The notes under the pieces: generated by a model
Seen by the model: the letters and a program-made list of their open reading frames with translations, nothing else
Told to the model about the DNA's origin: nothing
Database searches by the model: none
Translations under genes and position numbers: made by a program
IMG/VR virus record: IMGVR_UViG_3300025767_001290
Coordinates: 9,285 to 73,284 of that record
Direction: 5' to 3' (one strand)
DNA length: 64,000 bases
Source of the DNA: a virus
Part shown: piece after piece, positions 18,288 through 27,800 of the stretch
Layout: each line of letters opens with the position of its first letter
Position numbering within the stretch: position 1 is the first letter of the stretch

Positions 18288-18639
18288 TGTCTATTCCTAC
18301 TAACGCTTCAACTGAACGTTGTTTTTTTAAAATGTTATATTTTGTATGATACCTATTAGATGCAGAAAAATAACAATCCATCACATCTTCATAGAATTTA
18401 GCAAGGTCTTCAATTTTAATCGGAATGTTGTTATCGTCTGTTAGAACTACATCTTCAGTATTTTCAGCATTTACTAGTAAGCCAACAAATGTAATTAACT
18501 CTTTAGTAATAGTAAATTGGCCACCGTCGAAGTAGTGTAATAAATTTTCTTCATATTCTTCGTTTAACAGACGTTTTTGATTGTTGAGGGTAACTATGTA
18601 ATTTGAAAAATCAATTGCTTTTTCTAGACGTTCGTCCAT
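18280..18639 (-). CDS. Hypothetical protein, possibly a tail-fibre assembly chaperone (DUF4376-like)
   Basis: 119 aa, AGGAG SD, directly downstream of a fibre gene; VVLTDDNNIPIKIEDL followed by a helix. The ORF is solid; the function is a weak guess. Confidence 0.4.
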   Translation of the reverse strand: MDERLEKAIDFSNYIVTLNNQKRLLNEEYEENLLHYFDGGQFTITKELITFVGLLVNAENTEDVVLTDDNNIPIKIEDLAKFYEDVMDCYFSASNRYHTKYNILKKQRSVEALVGIDID

Positions 18640-18664
18640 AGAGGATCTCCTTGTATTATATAAT

Positions 18665-18693
18665 AGTATATAACACTTTTAGAGATTTGTCAA
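18665..18693 (-). promoter_or_regulatory. Sigma70 promoter TTGACA-N17-TATACT driving the glycosyltransferase block
   Basis: TTGACA 18693-18688 and TATACT 18670-18665, upstream of ATG 18639. Confidence 0.7.
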
Positions 18694-18712
18694 ATTATAT
18701 CTGGCTTACTTT

Positions 18713-21700
18713 TTAATCAGCGATGCCACCTACAGTCCAGCTTGTTGAATCAGACTGTCCACCGCTGTAGATTGCGCCGAAATAAGTGCCTGCGGGCAAT
18801 GCTGCACTAATTGAGTCAGAACCGGAAGAATTGAAAGTGCCGCCACCGCTGCCGCCGCCGCCCAGGGCCCATCCATAAGAAGCACCCGGAGTTCCAGTAA
18901 AATAAGCTGTACATAATGATGTTGACCCGTTATACGGTCCTACAAATACACTTATTGTTACAGGGTAGCTTAGTGGTGGAGTATATCCGCATGTTGGGCT
19001 GTTTGCTGTAGTACGTGTAGTTGATCCGCCGCTTCCGTCGGCTATTTGCTCAACTAATGTAGTTCCACTACAGTTAGAACTAAGCACTGTTCCAGCTGCT
19101 GGCGGTGGGGGTGTGTATCCACAAGATATACTATTTGTTTGAATAATTGCGTATGTGTCTGGACCGTAGCCGCCGGAGTAAATGCCCCATTGTGTTGTAC
19201 CAACACAATATGTACTTAATAGTGTGCCAACAGCCGGTGGTACCTCAGGAGCATTATTAACTGTGACTGATGCAGAAGCTGTGCCGCCAGCAGTTGTTAT
19301 AGTAGCTGACCATATACCTACGACTCCTAATGTGCTTGTATAACTACCAGTAAGATCACTGAATGTAGTAGTTCCACCATCGGCAGCTGTAACAACTATA
19401 CTTGCAGGGCTTACTCCGTTTGCAGTCCACGTCAGTGTATACTGGGTAACATTAATAATTCCAACTTGAGGACCAAAACTAATACTCGGTGCTAGCGGAG
19501 CTGGTGCTGTTACTGTAATCGGAGCAGTATCAGTAACAGTGCCACCTGCATTAGAAGCTGTTAATGTTGTATTAAAGTTTCCGGCGCTAAGATACGGTCC
19601 ATTTGCCCGTGTGCCTGATGGTCCTAAACTGTAGGTTCCAGTATCACCAGTTACTACTATTGATGTTGCGCCTGTAACATCCCAATACAGTGTATTAGAA
19701 TCACCTACTTCTATCGACGACGGGCTCCAATAAAAAGAATTAATTACTGGCGGCGGTGTCGGCGCTACGTATCCGCATGTTGGGCTGTTTGGTGTTTCGA
19801 CTCTATTCGATCCACCGCTGCCGTCAGCTATTTGCTGAACTAATGTAGTTCCACTACAGTTAGAAGTAAGCACTGTTCCAGCTGCTGGCGCTGCTGATAC
19901 CGATGTCAAGTCAGGCGTGGCTGCTACTGACAGTTGTTCATTGGAATTTCCTCTATACAATACTAGCATACCTGCTGTATGTGTTCCAGTAGTAGTAGCA
20001 GTTGCACTAAGTGTGTGAGGACTTATTGATTGGGAAGATGCTATAAAAGTATTGCTAGGGTCTCGTATATAACTAACACTACTATATGTTCCGCCGGCAC
20101 TATCCGGATTAACTGCTGCCTGAATAGTTTCACCAACTGTGTATGTAGCCGACAGGAACTGTATTATTGGATCAGGTGTTGGGGCTTGAGGGCTTACATT
20201 GATCGCTGCTTCAGCATACCCTTGTCCTGCTGAATTAATCGCTGTTATATCAGCTGACCATTGGCCCACGACTCCTAGTGGAGCAGTTTCACTTCCAGTT
20301 AGCCCCGTTAGAGTAGCAATCTCGCCGAGGGGATTTACTACTACAATCGATGCACTAGTAGCACCAGCGCCTGCATTCCAACTCAAAGTAACACTAGTAG
20401 TGTTAAGAATTGCCGAACTAGGGCTCCAAATAATCGTCGGTACTGGCACTTCAACCGGCGCAGCTATTCCTGCTAGTGTATAATTAAGAGAGTTATACCC
20501 TGCGGCATAAGACGCTATATTGCCCAACGAAACAGAAGCATACGTAGACAAAGTATTGTCACTCCGTGTATAACTAAATGTTCCATTGCCGGCACCGTCT
20601 AACGTGCCGCTAGATGCGGCGCCGCCAGCTGCATTGTTTGTTGAAGCCCAGGCGTAAGAACTGTTTGGTAACGCTCCAGTGATTAACCCGCTGACTGGTT
20701 CATATGTATTTGGTTGAATTAAGGTAAGATTAGGCGTTAGTAGCGGCGGTGGCTCATTTTGAACTACTACTGAAAACGCACCGTTAGTGTCCGGAGAAGG
20801 AACAGCTATAACATAGTTAAAAGTGCCAGCTGTAGAATAAGCACTTGATACAGTATATCTTCCTTCGCTATTAAAACTAACACCAGATACAGGATGAGGT
20901 CCTGTAATATTAAAGCTGCCGCCCGGGCGGCCTCCCGAGACAGTTAACGTAGTAAGTTCATTTATGTAAGGACTTGGTGGAGATACTGATGCAGTCGGAG
21001 TATATACTTGTTGCACAGTTATTGAAGCTGAAGCTGTTCCGCTACAGAAGTTTTCTGTAGCTGTGTATGTATAAGTTGCTGGAGAACCTGCAGTAAAGTT
21101 AAATGATGCAACTCCGCTGCCGTTAAAGCTTAATGCTGGAAAAGGACCCATTGCACCATTTTGTCCCCAGGAGAACGTGCCTCCAGGATAGCCACCACTG
21201 ATTGTTACTGCTACACTATCTCCTGGTAGCGCTGAGCTAGCCATTGATATTGATAATACTGGACATATTTTTACGGTTGCTGTAGCAGTACTCGGCGATC
21301 CAACGGGGAACGTGCCAACATATGTAAAATCACCTGGTAATGTGTGCAGTGAGCTTCGAGTATATGAGCCGCTGCTATTTAATGTATAAGTGCTGCCAAC
21401 TTGATTATAATTAGGTACTGATGCTGCGGTATATGTTACTGTTGTGTTTGGTGTGCCTGTGGAATTAAAGGTAAACAGAGAACCAACTGGAACTGAGCTT
21501 GGCGTAATTACAAAAGTGTTAGCTATTGGTTGATCTGTAAGTGTCCATGTTGCATAAGAAGGAACACCAGTTTCATCCGATAATTTAAAACTTTCAGTTC
21601 CTTCAATATTGCTATCAACTACTGATGTAATAGTTGCTGTAGCAGTACGGAATACATTATCCTGTGCTGTACTTAATCCACTAAATGTAATTCCGTTGCC

Positions 21701-24700
21701 ACCAGTGGAATATTCAGACCCAACTGGATCACCTATACTTGGATTTCTATAGAATCTCAAAGATTGTGTACTAGCAGTAGCATTCTTATATCTTAAGGAG
21801 AATGTAATAGTATCACCTTCAGTATACGAAGTTCCGTTAGGAAGGCTTACACTAAAAACAGGTTCAATAAGTGTTGTTGTAAGTTGCCCGCTTGCTATAG
21901 CAGTTTGCCCGTCTGGTGTGCTTGCAATAACTTGCCAATTCGCAGTGCCTTCATCTGTAAATGTAACATAGTCAGTATTTGCATTGACATAAAGAGCATC
22001 TGGTGTTAATCCGTTATCATAAGTTACTGCAAGGCCATCGGGCAAAGCATTACCTGTGATAAGATAATCTACCTGTGTGGCATTTGAAGATTGGTAATAT
22101 AATGTTGCAGGAGTTCCGACTACTGGACTTGGAGGACTAAATCCTGCACTTGTAATAACTGGCGCAGCCCAAGCTGTTGTTGTTCCTGTAAAATAATGTC
22201 TATCAAGTATAGGGGATCCGCTTGTGCCAGATCCCTGGTACAAGTAAAGCTGTCCAAACACATCTGCAGCAGGTGTGTTTGGACCATTTGTAGCAGTTAC
22301 AGATATTGTTATTGTTTCAGATTGGCTAGGTGTTATACTAAACGTATGCCTTGCTCCGCCGCCGGCAACAGCAACGGCACTTCCGTTTATAGTAACGTTC
22401 CATGTATTATACCAGCTTGCTATTAAGACAGTAAGCTCAACTGCTGTATTATCCGGCGCACTAGTTAACGACACGCTTGTAGTCCAAGTTGTAGTTTCTG
22501 TTGGGGCTATACTAAATGTATGAGCATTGCCAAATCTCCCGCTGGAAAATTGCGCTTCAACTGGAGGGTTTGGACTTGTATCATCAACACTAACTATTCT
22601 AGTTTGAGACTGAGTAGTTGGACTGCTTGCCAAATATGTCCTAGTTCCAAATTGTTCCGTACCCTCTGTTGTTGAGTCAGCTCTTATAGATCGTGTAAAT
22701 GAGTATGTGCCATCACCTGTGTTAGGACTGTTAGTGATAGTAACCGGTGCTGTGCCGGTTGTACCGTTGATGAAATCATTGGCATTCATCTCATCGCCAA
22801 CTTGTTGCCAAGATACTGAGCCAGTGGTTGACTCCCAACCTGTTACTGTTCCGCTAAATGTAAATGTATTAGAAGTAGTTTCGTTGCCTATTACCTTATC
22901 AACATTAAGCGTAGTGTTGATATTTGGCGTTAGTGGCACAGGTACACCTGCACCTGTCCAATATACTTTATAAGATGGGCCGGCTCCAGTAGCTTCAAGG
23001 ATTGTGAAATGAAATTGTCTATTTACAGAAGCAAAGTCTAAGATTGAGGTCGGTGTAACACTAATCGGAACAGTAATCGATTGTCCTGCTGCAAGATTAT
23101 AATTTTTAGTAGCAGTTGTAGCACTTGATACATCGTCAACAGACACTTCCCATGCCGATGGCCTAGCGGTTTCTTGAACTGTTACTACTCCCGATCGAAC
23201 ACCAGATGGTGCTGTAATTGTAATATTAGTAGTTGCTGTTGTGTTAATTACAACATCGCCAATGTCCCATGCAGTGTTTTGTATAGAATAAGATGATGGA
23301 GATATAGTAAATGTAAACGGTGGAACCCAACCACACGTTGCACTATTTGCTTCAATTAGTTGATTATAAGTTCCGCCTGATCCATTTGCATAAGTCCCGT
23401 ATAAATCATCGCCACTACAATATTGATTTAATAATGTGCCAGCAGCAGGCGGCGTTAACGAAGTATCGTTAATATTTACACTAATAGTAGATGCTCCATT
23501 ATTTAATGCTAGTGTAAGAGTCTCAGTTCCTTCAGTTAATAGATCATTAGCAAAAGTAATAGTTACTGTATTATTAGTTCCTACTACAAAAGATCCTTGC
23601 AGCGGAACATTTATGTCACTTGTAGTTACTCCAGTAATTGTATACGGTATAGTCGTTCCATTAGAAACATTTGTAGTTACTAATGTTATTGTTGCCGAAC
23701 TTCCTTCACTTGCTAATGTTGCCGACCTTGATAGACTATATGACGGAACTGGAGGTGTATTTGCACTTAGATTAACAATATTACTACCCGAAGGCAACTG
23801 TTCAGCTTCTATTACTACAGTGTTATGTGATAATCCGTTAATAGTAACAGTGCCGTCTGGAACTAATAACGAAGCACTACTAGTCCAATCTCCATATAGC
23901 GGCTCATCTATAGAGTAGCCTCCTGGGTTTGGATCTGTAAATAATACTTTAAACTGGATTGTACGTGTACCGGTTTGTAATGCATATAATTCATATGCAC
24001 TTTGTGAATATGTTGTGCCGGCATCTTTTCTATAACATAATTGATATGTACTCGTTAGGGAGTTATTACCAATGTTACTTGCAGATCCTACACTAGAATT
24101 ACTGTAAGTATCATCTGCTGTGAAACTAACAACTCCCATAGCAGCCATAGAAGATTGCCAATCAGCTGTCTTTTGTTGAGCTCCTGTATATGCTACTTGA
24201 GCATTAAATCGTATTTCGCCGCCTGCGTTAAAGAAATGCCTGCGATCTTCTACAGTAGGGAATGTTACAGTAAATATTTGATTAAGAAAGCTAGTCCATG
24301 ATCCGCTTACATTAGTATAATATGTACTTGATATCGGAGTGTTAGCTGATGTTGTTAGAGTCGTTGTTGATGCTTGCGTTGTAATATCAATATCAAAGCG
24401 ATCTAATTCTATAGTAGTCATTAATGACTCAAGAGCACTAATGTATGCTTCTTCTACTTTATCAGTGTTAGCTGCATTAGTTTCAAAATCACCAATTACA
24501 AAATCATCTATAGTAACTGCTGCGGCACCAACTTGATGTGCTCTACATCGAACAATATCAATATACAAGTCTTCGTATTGTTGCGCTGAAATCTTATCCG
24601 AGTTTGGGATTGTGTTTGACCGTGTTCCAGCAACATCTAATGCTGCGTTAAGTGTTTGCCCGTATCCAAATGTCGGAGCTGCAGAACCTGACGTGCCTAG

Positions 24701-24760
24701 TACAGCTTCAAGTCTGTCTTGCAGATTATTAAATCGGGTAGCTAAAATAGTAGTGGGCAT
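18713..24760 (-). CDS. Large modular tail fibre/adhesin-like virion protein (2015 aa)
   Basis: N-terminal domain shared with 24825..28667 (NNLQxR...GYGQTL...RRHFFNxGGxIR); Thr/Ser/Gly-rich beta-sandwich and Calx-beta-like repeats (D..TEGTE); four two-Cys modules; Pro-rich linkers. Confidence 0.75.
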   Translation of the reverse strand: MPTTILATRFNNLQDRLEAVLGTSGSAAPTFGYGQTLNAALDVAGTRSNTIPNSDKISAQQYEDLYIDIVRCRAHQVGAAAVTIDDFVIGDFETNAANTDKVEEAYISALESLMTTIELDRFDIDITTQASTTTLTTSANTPISSTYYTNVSGSWTSFLNQIFTVTFPTVEDRRHFFNAGGEIRFNAQVAYTGAQQKTADWQSSMAAMGVVSFTADDTYSNSSVGSASNIGNNSLTSTYQLCYRKDAGTTYSQSAYELYALQTGTRTIQFKVLFTDPNPGGYSIDEPLYGDWTSSASLLVPDGTVTINGLSHNTVVIEAEQLPSGSNIVNLSANTPPVPSYSLSRSATLASEGSSATITLVTTNVSNGTTIPYTITGVTTSDINVPLQGSFVVGTNNTVTITFANDLLTEGTETLTLALNNGASTISVNINDTSLTPPAAGTLLNQYCSGDDLYGTYANGSGGTYNQLIEANSATCGWVPPFTFTISPSSYSIQNTAWDIGDVVINTTATTNITITAPSGVRSGVVTVQETARPSAWEVSVDDVSSATTATKNYNLAAGQSITVPISVTPTSILDFASVNRQFHFTILEATGAGPSYKVYWTGAGVPVPLTPNINTTLNVDKVIGNETTSNTFTFSGTVTGWESTTGSVSWQQVGDEMNANDFINGTTGTAPVTITNSPNTGDGTYSFTRSIRADSTTEGTEQFGTRTYLASSPTTQSQTRIVSVDDTSPNPPVEAQFSSGRFGNAHTFSIAPTETTTWTTSVSLTSAPDNTAVELTVLIASWYNTWNVTINGSAVAVAGGGARHTFSITPSQSETITISVTATNGPNTPAADVFGQLYLYQGSGTSGSPILDRHYFTGTTTAWAAPVITSAGFSPPSPVVGTPATLYYQSSNATQVDYLITGNALPDGLAVTYDNGLTPDALYVNANTDYVTFTDEGTANWQVIASTPDGQTAIASGQLTTTLIEPVFSVSLPNGTSYTEGDTITFSLRYKNATASTQSLRFYRNPSIGDPVGSEYSTGGNGITFSGLSTAQDNVFRTATATITSVVDSNIEGTESFKLSDETGVPSYATWTLTDQPIANTFVITPSSVPVGSLFTFNSTGTPNTTVTYTAASVPNYNQVGSTYTLNSSGSYTRSSLHTLPGDFTYVGTFPVGSPSTATATVKICPVLSISMASSALPGDSVAVTISGGYPGGTFSWGQNGAMGPFPALSFNGSGVASFNFTAGSPATYTYTATENFCSGTASASITVQQVYTPTASVSPPSPYINELTTLTVSGGRPGGSFNITGPHPVSGVSFNSEGRYTVSSAYSTAGTFNYVIAVPSPDTNGAFSVVVQNEPPPLLTPNLTLIQPNTYEPVSGLITGALPNSSYAWASTNNAAGGAASSGTLDGAGNGTFSYTRSDNTLSTYASVSLGNIASYAAGYNSLNYTLAGIAAPVEVPVPTIIWSPSSAILNTTSVTLSWNAGAGATSASIVVVNPLGEIATLTGLTGSETAPLGVVGQWSADITAINSAGQGYAEAAINVSPQAPTPDPIIQFLSATYTVGETIQAAVNPDSAGGTYSSVSYIRDPSNTFIASSQSISPHTLSATATTTGTHTAGMLVLYRGNSNEQLSVAATPDLTSVSAAPAAGTVLTSNCSGTTLVQQIADGSGGSNRVETPNSPTCGYVAPTPPPVINSFYWSPSSIEVGDSNTLYWDVTGATSIVVTGDTGTYSLGPSGTRANGPYLSAGNFNTTLTASNAGGTVTDTAPITVTAPAPLAPSISFGPQVGIINVTQYTLTWTANGVSPASIVVTAADGGTTTFSDLTGSYTSTLGVVGIWSATITTAGGTASASVTVNNAPEVPPAVGTLLSTYCVGTTQWGIYSGGYGPDTYAIIQTNSISCGYTPPPPAAGTVLSSNCSGTTLVEQIADGSGGSTTRTTANSPTCGYTPPLSYPVTISVFVGPYNGSTSLCTAYFTGTPGASYGWALGGGGSGGGTFNSSGSDSISAALPAGTYFGAIYSGGQSDSTSWTVGGIAD
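18984..19104. repeat. 121-bp direct repeat, copy A (two-Cys module)
   Basis: Manual alignment with 19770-19890 shows 15 mismatches in 121 nt and no gaps. Confidence 0.9.
19770..19890. repeat. 121-bp direct repeat, copy B (two-Cys module)
   Basis: Matches 18984-19104; encodes PAAGTVLTSNCSGTTLVQQIADGSGGS...NSPTCGY. Confidence 0.9.
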
Positions 24761-24788
24761 GCAATCTCTCTAATTTAAATATACTGTG

Positions 24789-24796
24789 TATTTATT
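24789..24796 (-). promoter_or_regulatory. Late promoter box AATAAATA
   Basis: In the 64-nt gap, about 30 nt upstream of ATG 24760. Confidence 0.6.
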
Positions 24797-24824
24797 AAAA
24801 AAATACCCACTACTATTTTTTATA

Positions 24825-27800
24825 TTATTGTCTGTATAGTACTAGAGAAAATGTAGGATATGTTCCTGGGTAACCCGCTGCAAGAATACCAAAATTAAAT
24901 GTATATGTGTTTGCATTTAAATTACTAGTATTGCCGGCTACTCCTACACGCCTAGTTGCACCCGGAGCAAGTACAAAGCTTGGAGCTGAAATACCTGTAT
25001 TTGTTCCTGTTAGTCTACTAATCTCTTGTACACTTATATTAAGGGTCTCATCAGTTGGATTAGTAACTACAAAACTAGCTGCTGCAATTTGTGTGCCTGG
25101 ATTAATTTCAATTGATTTACTTGTAGGGCTAACTGTTACAGGAGTATCTTGTGATACTGGTTCTGGATCAACTACTGTAATATTAAACGTGTCTGTAGTC
25201 GATGTAGGATCGGAATAGGTTACAACATAAGTGTAAGATCCTGCGCTATTAATTACAGTAGTTCCTGAAAAATCACCGCTGTTGTCAAAAGTTCCTGTAG
25301 CTTCTGATATTCCGTTATTAGCTGTCCATGTTGTTCCTGGTGCTCCACCGTTAATAGCATAAGCAAACGTTTCGCCTCTTGTTACTGATGTAGGTAGACT
25401 TATTGATGGATTATATGTCGGTACTGGTGCTGCTGGGGTTAAAGATGTGTCTTGTATAGCAGCATAAATTGCCGTTCGGACTACTGGGCCTGCGACACTT
25501 CCAGTTCTTAATTCTGTTCCAAAAAATTCTGTACCTGATTCAGTTGTAGCGTCGGCTACTGCTGTCCTAGTAAATGATCCTGAATTATTACTAATTGTAA
25601 CTGTTCCAGTGAGTCCGTTAACATCATTTGCAGAAATAGGTGCGGGTGAAAATGTTTGTTTATTAACCCAGTATAGTACTGTTCCGTTTGGAACATTAGT
25701 AGTTGTTACTGTGTATACAAATGCCGAATATGTTGTTTCATTACCTACTGTTGGATATCCAGCTCGACCGCTATCTACAGTCATGCTGTATGTCGGAGTT
25801 TGAACTACTTCTGCTGTCCAATTAAGTTGTACAACTTTTGTGCCTGCGGTTGTACTTATTGTTAGTGTTGATGTTCCTGAACTTCCAAATCTATAAAATG
25901 TAACGTCTATATATTTACTCGAGCTCGGAGTAACTGAGAAGTTAGCAACACCGCTTGGTACCCCTAAGGCTCCTGTATAATCAATACTTGTAGCAGATGC
26001 ACTACTTTGACTAACTGATATACCTGTTACTGTTACTGCTGCGTTTGATGTAAATGTAATACGCTGCGGGCTTGGTCTTACTCCAGAAGGTGATGTAAAT
26101 TGTAGGTTGCTAGAAGAAGTAGATATTGCAGGAACTATTGTAGGTGTCGGTGCAGGTACTGCATCCCATGTTAACTTAATTGCGCCGCTAGCACCTGGTG
26201 CTGCTCCGCCTGCGCTGCCTCCCGATGCTCCGCCTCCGCCTCCGTAGTTGCCGCCTGTGCCGCCTGTGGTGGTACCAGTGGCTCCATTAGCTCCTAACGA
26301 TCCGCCTGCGCCGCCTGTGCCATAAGCACCATTAGCTGTTCCAAAAGTTCCGCTTCCGCTATTAATTCCGCCTGCACCTACGCCGCCGCCACCGCCTGCG
26401 CCGTAACTAGGACTAACGCTGCCGCCTCCGCCGCCGCCGCCGCCTGCACCGCCTGTGCCTGCTGTTCCGTTAGTTGCTGCTATTCCAGATATTGATCGAC
26501 CGCCTGTGCCGCCTGTGCCGCCATTGCCTGCATAACCGCCGGCACCTCCGCCACCACCGCCGCCATAGGTCCAATAGCCTGCTCCGCCAGCTCCGCCATT
26601 GCCGCCATTTGTTCCAACAAAGCCGCCACCTGATGCACCTGGTGATAGTTGAGTATTATTAGAGACATACGAGCCTTGACTGCCGCCTCTGCCTGACACA
26701 GTGTTTAATGTTTTAAAATATGTATTTCCGCCTGCTGAATTACCTGCGCCTACTCCAACTGCTACATCATATGTTTGTCCAGGAATTACTGAGATCGTAC
26801 TAGATCCGTAGCCGCCGCCTCCGCCGCCGCCTCCGCCATTAGTATAACCTGCGCCACCTCCGCCGACTGAATATACAGTTACACTATCAATGTGAGACGG
26901 AGCAGTCCATTTGTATATCCCTGCTTGAGTAGCAGTTACTGACGTGCCGCTGTTGGATAAGAAAGTTGCTGATGGCGGTGTTAGTGAAGTATCTGATATA
27001 TACGTTGCTGCACCATTGCCTGCTGTTAGTACAACTGTACCGTTAGTTGAGCCTGTTCTTAGTTGTATGTCAAATACTTCTGAACCTTCAGTTGTTACAT
27101 CTGCTCTAGTAGTACGAGTAAATGTACCAGAACCGCTAGTCATAGTAACTGTCCCGCTGAGCGTACCATCAGTAAAATCTCCAGCAGTTATGCCAGAGCC
27201 CGTAGTTGTCCAATATAATGTACCATTAGGTACATTAGTAGTAGATACAGTATATGTCGAAGAGCTTCCTTCAGATATTGTAGACGTTGACGATGTTATT
27301 GAATATGTAGGCGTAGGCGCAGGTGTAACACCTACAGAATTATCTACTATTGTAACAACTCCGGTCGAGTCAACAAAACTTGACAGTGACGCATCTGTGT
27401 ATAACCTTAATCTAAAACTTTCAGTACCTTCAGTAAAGTTATCAGCTAAAAGTGTTCTATTAATAGTTCGTTCAGCTTGTGTATATGCTGCGGTAATTGT
27501 AATACTTCCTGATAGTGTGTTATCATCAAAATCAGCCGCTGTTACATTGCCGCTAACAGTTTCGGTATCCCAATACAATGTAATCGGATACGGTACGTTT
27601 ACTGCATTTACAACATAATCTACACTTGCATATTGCTGTCCGTTTAGGTTTTCAATTTCGTATTGATTCCTTGCTAAGTCAACTCCAATAGAATATTCTG
27701 GGCTCTTATTAATCTCTGCAGGAGAGTCAAATCCTGATACTGATGTTGTGATGGAAAATGTAGGATCTTCAACAGATACATAGTTTCCTTTAGCAATGTA

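Noticed and set aside
18984-19890. 121-bp repeat pair near the fibre C-terminus as a DGR template/variable repeat
   Set aside because: Mismatches include several C/G changes rather than being adenine-specific on either strand, both copies are coding, and no reverse transcriptase is in the window.
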